Assembly (NCBI GenBank): GCA_002869165.1 | Contig: PKTK01000001.1 | Span: 446,005 to 510,004 of the forward strand | Length of the DNA stretch: 64,000 nucleotides | Direction: 5' to 3' | Source of the DNA: Candidatus Parcubacteria bacterium | GTDB taxonomy: Bacteria > Patescibacteriota > Patescibacteriia > Patescibacteriales > UBA12075 | Shown: piece after piece, positions 56,763 to 64,000 of the stretch | Numbering within the stretch: position 1 is the stretch's first letter | Layout of the letters: every line of letters begins with the position of its first letter | Program-made: the position numbers and the translations under genes | The notes under the pieces: generated by a model | Seen by the model: only the letters and a program-made list of their open reading frames with translations | What the model was told of the DNA's origin: nothing | The model's database searches: none

Positions 56763-57070
56763 AGTATTTTTTAGAATTTCTAGAACTTCGTTCTGGCTTT
56801 GTTCTTGCTCCAGGTAGGGTTTACCACGAACATGCTGTCACCAGCAGTCGAAATTAGTAGCCATTTGTCTCGAGAACAAATAACACCTAAAAACTTTTCA
56901 CCTTTTATCTCGACATATGTCGAAACTAGTATAGTCTCTGCGGCACTTTCCCTAGGGTTTCCCCCGGTGGATGTTATCCACTACCCATAACCAGAGCGAA
57001 GCTCTGGCTGGAGTCCGGACTTTCCTCCCCGTTTTAATTTTGAAACGAGGCAACTATATATCTGCCTTGA

Positions 57071-57104
57071 AAAAACCAAAAGGGCAAAACTGCACCCTTT
57101 TGGG
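57071..57104 (-). terminator. terminator after the small-membrane-protein genes, abutting the rnpB 5' end
   Basis: ccaaaaggg-caaaactgca-cccttttgg with a T-run on the minus strand. Confidence 0.7.
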
Positions 57105-57114
57105 TTGTATTTAT

Positions 57115-57405
57115 TTAAGGAGCTTCTTTGGCTTCTCGCATATTTTTTGCATATGCAGAATCCAACTCTTCTTTTGTTTTGATTATGTTTTTATTCGCTC
57201 TCCTTCTTTCAAAAAAAAGCAAAAAAATTATAATCAAAAAAATAACTGAGAACGCCCCGCCTGAATCTTCATTGAATAAATTACTCAATGAGATCAAGAA
57301 ACAAAGCAAAGAAGCGATCATGCAGATCCCATAGACACCCTTCCATATTCGCTGGTTTTCGTACTTTCCTTCGAGCACCTTGGCTTTGTCAATTTCAGGA
57401 TTCAT
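57115..57405 (-). CDS. small 2-TM membrane protein E
   Basis: Soluble N-terminus, two TM helices, basic tail ERRRANKNIIKTKEELD similar to the tail of 57395..57649. Confidence 0.5.
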   Translation of the reverse strand: MNPEIDKAKVLEGKYENQRIWKGVYGICMIASLLCFLISLSNLFNEDSGGAFSVIFLIIIFLLFFERRRANKNIIKTKEELDSAYAKNMREAKEAP

Positions 57406-57649
57406 TCGCGCCCTCTTCTAACTGTGATTTTATGGTATTGATTTTCCTTTTGCTCACTACGACGTTTATAATAACACCAATTGCAAGCAGCAGGCAAATT
57501 GAACCGACAACAACTGACTTGTAAAAAGATAACGCTGACAATAACAGCAGTGGAATAATCCACTGAAGACTAATCTCTAATGAAAAATCTTCTACTCTAA
57601 TTTCTGCAAATGCTACATCGTCACTCGCCATAATCTCAATATCTGTCAT
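57395..57649 (-). CDS. small 2-TM membrane protein D
   Basis: Likely start MTDIEIMASDD (57649); two TM helices; tail SKRKINTIKSQLEE; 11-nt overlap with the next gene; TTGACT-17-TATGAT promoter-like pair near 57740-57710. Confidence 0.5.
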   Translation of the reverse strand: MTDIEIMASDDVAFAEIRVEDFSLEISLQWIIPLLLLSALSFYKSVVVGSICLLLAIGVIINVVVSKRKINTIKSQLEEGANES

Positions 57650-57822
57650 CTCTCTTCTCCTTAAATTTGTTAATAAAAAGTACACAATCTTCTAAAAAGA
57701 ATATATAATATCATAGCAAAAAATGCTTAATTAGTCAAGTTCAAATATTATGATTTTATTTAATGTTAGCTAATTATCTAAAAATAAAAAGCGTATTCTT
57801 ATTAAGAAATACGCTTAAATTC

Positions 57823-58254
57823 TTATTTTTCCCTTTCTCCTCTTTCAAACTCGCACTCTTTTTCAAAAATCTCTGCTTCTCTGCCTAAAACCATGCAAAG
57901 AATAATTATAGATGGAATTAACATAAAAACCCCAAACAGCCGCCCCATAACACCATTATCATACATCAGATGTAGCAGTAATCCACAGAATAACACTACA
58001 ATGGGAAAACTTGTTATTAATTTCTGCTTGTAGAGGGTAATTTCTGGACTGACCTCCCCTTGCTCGATTCTATAACTATAGTCAAGCTCAACGAGAATAT
58101 CTAAACATACCACAAATGCAATAAATGATACTATGGAAGCTATCACTACCAGTGGAATATTCTCATAACAAATCCAGGCAGCAACGACTAATACTATTGC
58201 CAGATATATCAGCTTAATTACGGTTCGAATACTTTTTACAGTTTTTTCTTTCAT
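57823..58254 (-). CDS. small 4-TM membrane protein C
   Basis: 143 aa, four hydrophobic helices, acidic C-terminus; hairpin terminator aagcgtatt/aatacgctt follows at ~57789-57815. Confidence 0.5.
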   Translation of the reverse strand: MKEKTVKSIRTVIKLIYLAIVLVVAAWICYENIPLVVIASIVSFIAFVVCLDILVELDYSYRIEQGEVSPEITLYKQKLITSFPIVVLFCGLLLHLMYDNGVMGRLFGVFMLIPSIIILCMVLGREAEIFEKECEFERGEREK

Positions 58255-58296
58255 TATTTCTCCTCTAAAAAATTACTTTTCTTAGAAAAAAATTTA

Positions 58297-58482
58297 TTAT
58301 CCAAGTGCCGTCTTAAAAATATAGCAACCTAACCCCGAAAAAACTAAAGTAAAACTGGAATAAACAATAATTTTATTAACTAGTGTTACCTTTTCTTCTT
58401 TTTCAAAATATGACTCAGGAATTCTAAAGGTTATCCCGATAAATATTCCAAAAAAAATTAAGACACTGCCGATTGTGTTCAT
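58297..58482 (-). CDS. small 2-TM membrane protein B
   Basis: 61 aa; ATGA overlap with the upstream gene. Confidence 0.45.
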   Translation of the reverse strand: MNTIGSVLIFFGIFIGITFRIPESYFEKEEKVTLVNKIIVYSSFTLVFSGLGCYIFKTALG

Positions 58483-58766
58483 TTTTTTATCTTCTCCTTA
58501 AATTTATATTCTATTTCAACAAGTTCTACGTCGTCTTTGAAGGAAAATATTGCAAAAAGTATCATCATAAATACCATCACTACTTGAAATGGTATTTTCA
58601 TATAAGTTAATGGAATGAAAAAATTCGCAAGCACAGCAAGTATTCCAAAGTAAATCGATGTCAGTTGCCCATCAACTACTAATGACTTCATGTTGGCTAA
58701 AATCAATCCTCTAGTAAAATTTGGTCCATAAGAAACTACTGCGGGTTTTTCTCTGAACATTTTCAT
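58479..58766 (-). CDS. small membrane protein A
   Basis: 95 aa, two TM helices, first gene of the cluster. Confidence 0.5.
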   Translation of the reverse strand: MKMFREKPAVVSYGPNFTRGLILANMKSLVVDGQLTSIYFGILAVLANFFIPLTYMKIPFQVVMVFMMILFAIFSFKDDVELVEIEYKFKEKIKK

Positions 58767-58801
58767 CTCCTATTTTAAATGAACGATTTATTTGATTACC
58801 T

Positions 58802-58830
58802 ATATTAGAATATTTAAGTGCTTTTGTCAA
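58802..58830 (-). promoter_or_regulatory. sigma70-like promoter for the small-membrane-protein cluster
   Basis: Minus strand TTGACA (58830-58825), 17 nt, TAATAT (58807-58802). Confidence 0.45.
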
Positions 58831-58838
58831 TTTTCGCT

Positions 58839-59017
58839 TGTCATTCTGAATGAAGTAAAAAATCCCAAGAACGTCGCAATAAATTATAATATTCTTCTCC
58901 GCAAGCTAACAGATTAGAATGACAAGTGGAAGAACTTTGTTCATGATGGCTGTCACCTGTGGTGACCTGCCTATCCCCACGTCCAAGGGATTCTTCGCTT
59001 ACGCTCAGAATGACAAC
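58839..59017. repeat. two adjacent GTCAT-hairpin elements
   Basis: tgtcattctgaatgaagtaaaaaatccc...ttagaatgacaag (58839-58926), then ...gggattcttcgcttacgctcagaatgacaac (to 59017). Confidence 0.75.
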
Positions 59018-59029
59018 TAAAAAGAAATA

Positions 59030-59078
59030 TTCTTAATTCTTAATTCTTAATTCTTAATTCTTAATTCTTAATTCTTAA
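59030..59078 (+). repeat. (TTCTTAA)7 heptamer array
   Basis: Seven perfect units, 13 nt after the hairpin element and 46 nt upstream of the ATG at 59124. Confidence 0.95.
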
Positions 59079-59123
59079 TCCAAAACCCTAGCCTTTCCTT
59101 TGTGAGAATGATACAATTAAAAC

Positions 59124-60221
59124 ATGATCAAAAAAATCTACAAAAAAACTAAAGCTTGGCTTGATAAATATGAAAAATACCTCTCGCCCGTTGCCATGGG
59201 CTTTGGTTTTGTTATTGACAATCTAACACTCCAAAGAATCGATCTTTGGATTGAGAACCTGGTCATTATCACTTATCTTTCTATTGCTGTTTTTTCTATT
59301 CTCTATCTAAATATTTACAAAAAGAAAAAATATAAAAACCGTTTCTTGTCCTTGCTAAATCTGATTTTACCTTTTATTCTACAAATTGTTTTTGGTGGCC
59401 TCTTCAGTGCTTTTATGGTTTTTTACTCCAGAAGTGCTACCTTATTTGTTAGCTGGCCTTTTCTCCTGATCCTCGTATCAATGTTAATTGGAAATGAACT
59501 TTTTCGTGAGCGCTATGAACGTCTAAATTTTCACCTTAGCATATTATACCTAGCTTTCTTTGCCTATTCAGTTTTTGCGGTACCTGTCTTAGTAGGAAGA
59601 ATAGATGTTGATATTTGGATGGCTAGCGGTGGTCTTAGTCTGCTTTTGATAATTGTAGTTATACTGCTACTTCATCGAATTGACCCTGAAGCCATAAAAA
59701 AGAACAAGGATTATCTACTCGGAAGCATTATCTTCATCTACGCACTTTTCAATGTCCTCTATTTTACCAACCTTATTCCACCTATACCTTTAAGTTTAAA
59801 ATCTGCTGGCGTCTACCACGGAATCAATCGGAGTGATTCAAGATATGAACTTTTTTTTGAAAAGCCAGCCTGGTATGAATTTTGGAAAGAAACTTCTAGC
59901 ACCTACCATTGGCAAAAAGGAGAAAGAGTCTATATCTTCTCAGCTATCTTTGCTCCTACTCGCTTCAAGCAAAAAATATACCACAAATGGCAAATCTATG
60001 ACGAAGAAAACAATGAATGGTTAGAACGTGATAGACTTGGTTATTCAATATCTGGTGGTAGAGATGGAGGTTACCGTGGATATACATATAAAACTAATTT
60101 GGAACTTGGAAAATGGCGAGTTGATGTGATTACTGATGATGAAAAAATAATTGGCAGAGTGAAGTTTGAAATAATAGAAAAAAATTCTGATTTGATTTTT
60201 GATCAAGAAATAAACAACTAG
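59124..60221 (+). CDS. DUF2914-type membrane protein
   Basis: ~7 TM helices then a C-terminal beta domain ...YHKWQIYDEENNEW...GGYRGYTYK...GKWRVDVITDDEKIIGRVKFEI. Confidence 0.65.
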   Translation: MIKKIYKKTKAWLDKYEKYLSPVAMGFGFVIDNLTLQRIDLWIENLVIITYLSIAVFSILYLNIYKKKKYKNRFLSLLNLILPFILQIVFGGLFSAFMVFYSRSATLFVSWPFLLILVSMLIGNELFRERYERLNFHLSILYLAFFAYSVFAVPVLVGRIDVDIWMASGGLSLLLIIVVILLLHRIDPEAIKKNKDYLLGSIIFIYALFNVLYFTNLIPPIPLSLKSAGVYHGINRSDSRYELFFEKPAWYEFWKETSSTYHWQKGERVYIFSAIFAPTRFKQKIYHKWQIYDEENNEWLERDRLGYSISGGRDGGYRGYTYKTNLELGKWRVDVITDDEKIIGRVKFEIIEKNSDLIFDQEINN

Positions 60222-60264
60222 GTTTACAAAGCATAAAAATACAAAGATAAAAAAATACCAACAA

Positions 60265-60480
60265 AAATAACCAAACAATATTTAATGTTTGGTTATTTTT
60301 TATTTCTAATTTGTTTGTTTCTTATATCCTTGTATCTTTCAAATCCCAACGAAGTCAAAAAATATCATAGTTAATCCCAATATTCTCGAGATTCTTCGCT
60401 TCCGCTCAGAATGACACTAAGGAGAAGTATTCTTAATTCTTAATTCTTAATTCTTAATTCTTAATTCTTAATTCTTAATT
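60265..60480. repeat. composite intergenic repeat, copy 3 with (TTCTTAA)7
   Basis: AACCAAACA-n8-TGTTTGGTT + T-run (60269-60300), tail ctaatttgtttgtttc, right arm gagattcttcgcttccgctcagaatgacac (60388-60417), seven TTCTTAA units + TT (60430-60480). Confidence 0.85.
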
Positions 60481-60501
60481 GATAAACCCATTAATCCAAC
60501 C

Positions 60502-60945
60502 CTACACTCCATAAACACTTCCCTCCGACAACTTCTTTAATATCTCCTCCTTCAAATAATCACTCAATTCCCTATCAAGTTTTGGATAGAGAGTACCTGC
60601 TTCGAGAGCTTCATGTTTAGCCAGGATATCTTTCAAGTCATCAACAGTTTCCTCATCAAGTCTAGCAAAATCAACCAACATTCTTCTAATCTGACTATGC
60701 TCTTCCAAGAGTTTGACAAAGATTTGCTTCATTTCATTACTTCCAATATCTTCTATGTTAAAAATCGCCTGTTCCTCTAGTTTCATGTGCGCAAGTAGAT
60801 CATCCTTAAAGCTCTTGATAAGTTCGAGCATTTCTTTTTTATCTACAACAGATCCATCCAAAATTTTATTAAATTTGGCGAATATCACTTTGTGCTCGTT
60901 GCTCATTAAAAATGTTATTGAATTTTGCATATTTTTAAAATTCAT
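60502..60945 (-). CDS. hemerythrin-like (HHE cation-binding) domain protein
   Basis: Four-helix pattern with H/E ligand motifs (NEHKVIF, LLAHMKLEE, LLEEHSQIRR, LAKHEALE). Confidence 0.65.
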   Translation of the reverse strand: MNFKNMQNSITFLMSNEHKVIFAKFNKILDGSVVDKKEMLELIKSFKDDLLAHMKLEEQAIFNIEDIGSNEMKQIFVKLLEEHSQIRRMLVDFARLDEETVDDLKDILAKHEALEAGTLYPKLDRELSDYLKEEILKKLSEGSVYGV

Positions 60946-62086
60946 CTTTCAAAATATCATTTTGAACTTTTTGCATTAAAGTAGTGTAAAATTCCAAGTT
61001 GTGTAAGCTAGCAAGTCTGGCTCCGAGTGGATCTTTGATCTTTTGCAGATGATGAAGATAACTTTTCGAATGATTTCGCAACAAAGACAAGTTTGAACTT
61101 TCATTTATAGCTGACTCATCACTAAAATATTTTGAATTAGCAATATTTAATGTTTTTTAAAACTTAAGAACTTTCCCTTTGGCACCGACCAACTTTTCTG
61201 AACTAAAATAAAATAACCTGCCATGTCGTCCTTCCCTAGTTGGTATAACACAATCAAAAATATCCCATCCCATTAGAACAGACCTGACAATATCTTCTGG
61301 TGTACCTACCCCCAAAGCAAAACGAAAATTATTCGTAGGGATAGAAATGGCTGTAGCTTGCATCACCTTATCCAAAAAGTTTCCCTCTTCATCAACCGGC
61401 CTAGCTCCATAACCATAACCATCAAAACCTATTTTCTGTAACTCTAAAGAACAAAACTCTCTTTTATCAATATCCTTTGCCCCTTGAATAACAGCTATAA
61501 GTAAAGGGCGATTTTTTTTATTTATTTTTCGTCTTATCAACTCTTCTTCAAAGCTGTGCTTACAATCCTTGGCCCACTCTATGGTTCTATTGATAGCTTG
61601 GTCAAGCTTCTTTTCTGAAGCATCATTGGGATGACAATCATCGAGACAGATTACCATATCAGTTCCCAAATCCATTTGTATCTGAATAGATTTTTTTGGT
61701 GTTAATTCGTGCCACGAACCATCAATCGGTGATTTGAACCTAGCTCGTTCGTTATTAATACTTCCCATTTTCCCTTCACCTCTATGTATCAATGAAAAAA
61801 CCTGAAAGCCGCCTGAATCAGAAATCAAAGGGATATTGGTATTCATGAACTTGTGGACTCCTCCTTGTTTTTTAATTAACTTGGCGCCAGGCTGGAGATA
61901 AAGATGAAAAGTATTTACTACCATTGCGGGTAAGCCTAAATCTTCAATTTCAGACTGTGACAAGCCCTTGAGTACCGCCCGAGTAGCATCAGGCATAAAG
62001 AATGGTGTCTTAAGTATGCCATGGGGAGTTTTAAGCTCTGTCACCCGAGCTTTTGTAATATTTGATTGTTTAATTATGTTTAACAT
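60935..62086 (-). CDS. tgt: tRNA-guanine transglycosylase (Tgt) homologue, single in-frame TAA at 61157-61159
   Basis: Track ORF 61157..62086 (DSGGFQVFSL, LGVGTPEDIV, FDCVIPTREGRHG) continues in frame after the TAA for 73 codons: ...NSKYFSDE...SYLHHLQKIKDPLGARLASLHNLEFY...; total 383 codons, as for Tgt. Confidence 0.85.
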
Positions 62087-62098
62087 GTAATAATTCCC

Positions 62099-62168
62099 AT
62101 ACTACAAATGGTATCCGAATAATACAAATATATAATTATTCGTAGTATTCGGATACCATTTGTAGTAT
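62099..62168. other. 23-bp perfect inverted repeat with 24-nt loop
   Basis: atactacaaatggtatccgaata ... tattcggataccatttgtagtat, between the 593-aa gene stop and the tgt start; related words at 56291-56336. Confidence 0.8.
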
Positions 62169-62183
62169 TTGGATTATACTATT

Positions 62184-64000
62184 TTATTCTACCAAGCCAT
62201 GACTACCACCGATCTCATCATCCTCTAGTTTGGTAGTCTTAGCTTTACTGGATATTTTTAACTCAGTTTCAGTTACAGCGTCAACTGCTTGTACGTTTGA
62301 ACCTGGCAAGACAACCATTATTTTATTCTCGTCATCTTCGCTTGGCGTAACTGAAACACTAAAATAAGCACTGGCTTCATACACCGAAACTGGCAAACGC
62401 CCAATATTCCAGACTAACTCATGACCTTCTTCAGAATAGATCAAGGAACCAATGGTTGCGTTTGATTTATCTTCATATTTAATGTAGTCAGGTAATTTCA
62501 AACTAACGGCCAACTTATTCAATTCATGTAGATTGTTTTCAATATCCCAATAAACTTTATATGTGGTAGTTTTGTCAACTTGTGGAGGATTTGGCCCAGA
62601 ACCGACTGGAATATTATCTTCATTAAAGTACCTCAAACTTTCCGTAAAACTAAGATCACTATTTATCTGTAGTTTGATAGCATTACTTTTATTATCCTGC
62701 TCGTCGCTAGAAATATCTTCGCCCCCAAAACTAACTTGGGCATATGTTTCTATACCATAATCTTTTTCCAAATCTACCGCTCCAAAATCAGCAACATTGA
62801 TAGAAAAATCAATCACTCCCTCTTGATCACGAGACACAAGCGCCAAAGCTGGAATTTCCTCTTTGCTCCAAGTGATAGTATTGCCTCGTTCTCTGCCTTG
62901 ATTTAAATCCTGTAAAGTTGTCCAATCTAGAAAATCTCCATCCAAAACGGCCATAACCACTACATCATTTACATCAGAATCACCTTTATTATTATAGACT
63001 ATAGAAAAATTCAAAAGCTCACCAAAATCAACCCCTTTAGACTCTCGTTCACCATTGACTATCATTGTTAAATTCAAATCACTTTTCATGATATTTAATT
63101 CAATCTCCTCTCTGTAAAATTCATAATATTCCTCATCTATATTATCCTTTTTTTCGAACTTAAAAATAAGTTTTTGCTTGTCTTCATTTTTTTCTACAAC
63201 CTTAAATTGAATAGGCAAAACCTGCTCCTCATCTAAAACTCCGTTCACCTCCCATATACCAGCCCTATCAATGGTATAACTTGCATAATTCTGCTCGCTA
63301 TCATTTATATCATCAGGAATATATGAAAAAATTTCGATGTTCTCTTGTGGCTCCACACTAATCCGAAAATCCTTGATATATGATTTTTCATTAGCTGAAA
63401 AATGAATAGACATATCTTCTATTTCTCCGACCAAAGCGGTTTCTAAAAAATCAAAATCTATATCTAATCCCGTATCAATTATCATAGTAGTAACAAAAGC
63501 CTCCTTTTTATATTCTGAGCTTAATCCTTCTGGTGAGTATGTTAAATATGCCGAAATAACCCCATTTGCATCTTTTGCTCCTAGCATTTGCCCCTTGAGT
63601 ACAATATCCCCCCTAGTAAATGGCTCTACCCTGCCTACTTCCCAAGAATTATTCTGAAAATCATCATCAGATTCAAGGAGAATATAATTATTTGGTAATG
63701 TTACATTTACTCTAACATTTTCCAAGGTCACTCGACTTTCATTTACATAAACCAACTTATACTCGAATTCCTCGCCAGCCACAACTTCTTTGTCTCCTTC
63801 AATTTTAATACTGATTTTACTAGCATCAAACGAAGCATTCTTGTACCAATTATCATACAACCAGTAACCACCTCCGCCCAAAGCCATAATTACAAACAAA
63901 AAATTAACAATAGACAGAATAATGCTATGTTTCTTTATTTTTTCTAATTTGTGCACATCAACCAAATGACCCTCGTCATCTTGATAAATCTCGGTTAAAC
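62184..64000 (-). CDS. large membrane-anchored surface protein, N-terminus probably outside the window
   Basis: The frame stays open upstream of the track TTG start to position 64000 (...LTEIYQDDEGHLVDVHK); TM helix then repeated beta-sandwich-like segments (YKLVYVNESRVTLENVRVNVTLP, NFSIVYNNKGDSDVNDVVVMAVL). Confidence 0.6.
   Translation of the reverse strand, partial: LTEIYQDDEGHLVDVHKLEKIKKHSIILSIVNFLFVIMALGGGGYWLYDNWYKNASFDASKISIKIEGDKEVVAGEEFEYKLVYVNESRVTLENVRVNVTLPNNYILLESDDDFQNNSWEVGRVEPFTRGDIVLKGQMLGAKDANGVISAYLTYSPEGLSSEYKKEAFVTTMIIDTGLDIDFDFLETALVGEIEDMSIHFSANEKSYIKDFRISVEPQENIEIFSYIPDDINDSEQNYASYTIDRAGIWEVNGVLDEEQVLPIQFKVVEKNEDKQKLIFKFEKKDNIDEEYYEFYREEIELNIMKSDLNLTMIVNGERESKGVDFGELLNFSIVYNNKGDSDVNDVVVMAVLDGDFLDWTTLQDLNQGRERGNTITWSKEEIPALALVSRDQEGVIDFSINVADFGAVDLEKDYGIETYAQVSFGGEDISSDEQDNKSNAIKLQINSDLSFTESLRYFNEDNIPVGSGPNPPQVDKTTTYKVYWDIENNLHELNKLAVSLKLPDYIKYEDKSNATIGSLIYSEEGHELVWNIGRLPVSVYEASAYFSVSVTPSEDDENKIMVVLPGSNVQAVDAVTETELKISSKAKTTKLEDDEIGGSHGLVE

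Larger units (their letters stand above)
56375..57070 (-). ncRNA. rnpB: RNase P RNA, bacterial type A, expanded to ~700 nt
   Basis: Minus strand: P1 caaggcaga...tctgccttg; GGAGGAAAGTCCGGACTC (P4 5'); ggataacatccaccgggggaaaccc; agtgccgcagaga; ggtaaaccctacctggagcaagaac; gACAGAATCCGGCTTAT (P4 3'). Colinear with the E. coli M1 RNA blocks. Confidence 0.9.

Noticed and set aside
56799-57249. Track ORFs 56799..56990 and 56971..57249 (plus strand).
   Set aside because: They overlap the RNase P RNA gene and its terminator. The sequence is explained by conserved rnpB blocks on the opposite strand.
59030-59078. Could the TTCTTAA arrays or hairpin repeats be CRISPR arrays?
   Set aside because: The arrays have 7-bp contiguous units with no spacers. 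The hairpin elements are dispersed single copies with heterogeneous sequence. No cas genes are present.

Overview
This is 64 kb of an AT-rich (roughly one-third G+C by eye), very gene-dense bacterial chromosome with about 55 protein genes, mostly on the minus strand.

Content:
- Translation and replication housekeeping: rpmE-prfA-prmC, L25, L21, rpsB-tsf, dnaB, ybaB-recR, rarA, uppS, cca, mnmA, tgt, two tRNAs without encoded CCA, and an RNase P RNA.
- A fermentative module: malic enzyme, GAPDH, and [FeFe]-hydrogenase HydA with a NuoF-like partner and a TM1266-type regulator.
- Envelope genes: a type IV pilin-like protein, a SEDS protein, and a sortase next to a 1168-aa LAETG-anchored repeat adhesin. 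There is also an exopolysaccharide locus with a deacetylase-GT2 fusion, two GT4 enzymes, an O-antigen-ligase-like/TPR protein and a priming sugar transferase.
- Many small secreted or membrane hypotheticals.

The repertoire and style are consistent with a Patescibacteria/CPR-type organism; this is inference only.

Most notable observations:
1. Five otherwise intact genes (dnaB, hydA, tsf, tgt and a small zinc-ribbon ORF) each contain exactly one in-frame TAA.
2. The RNase P RNA is about 700 nt. It is expanded by two insertions, one of which is a copy of the intergenic hairpin repeat.
3. A pervasive family of GTCAT...ATGAC hairpin repeats (about 20 loci) has covarying stems around a GCGAAGC core. 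It is often coupled to (TTCTTAA)n heptamer arrays and a conserved terminator-like module.
4. An operon encodes three paralogous Cys-rich small proteins behind a Cys-rich/Gly-rich secreted protein and a TPR protein.
5. There is a cluster of five tiny membrane proteins.

No CRISPR array, transposase, integrase or rRNA was seen. All calls come from manual reading of the sequence and the ORF track; no database search or folding program was run.
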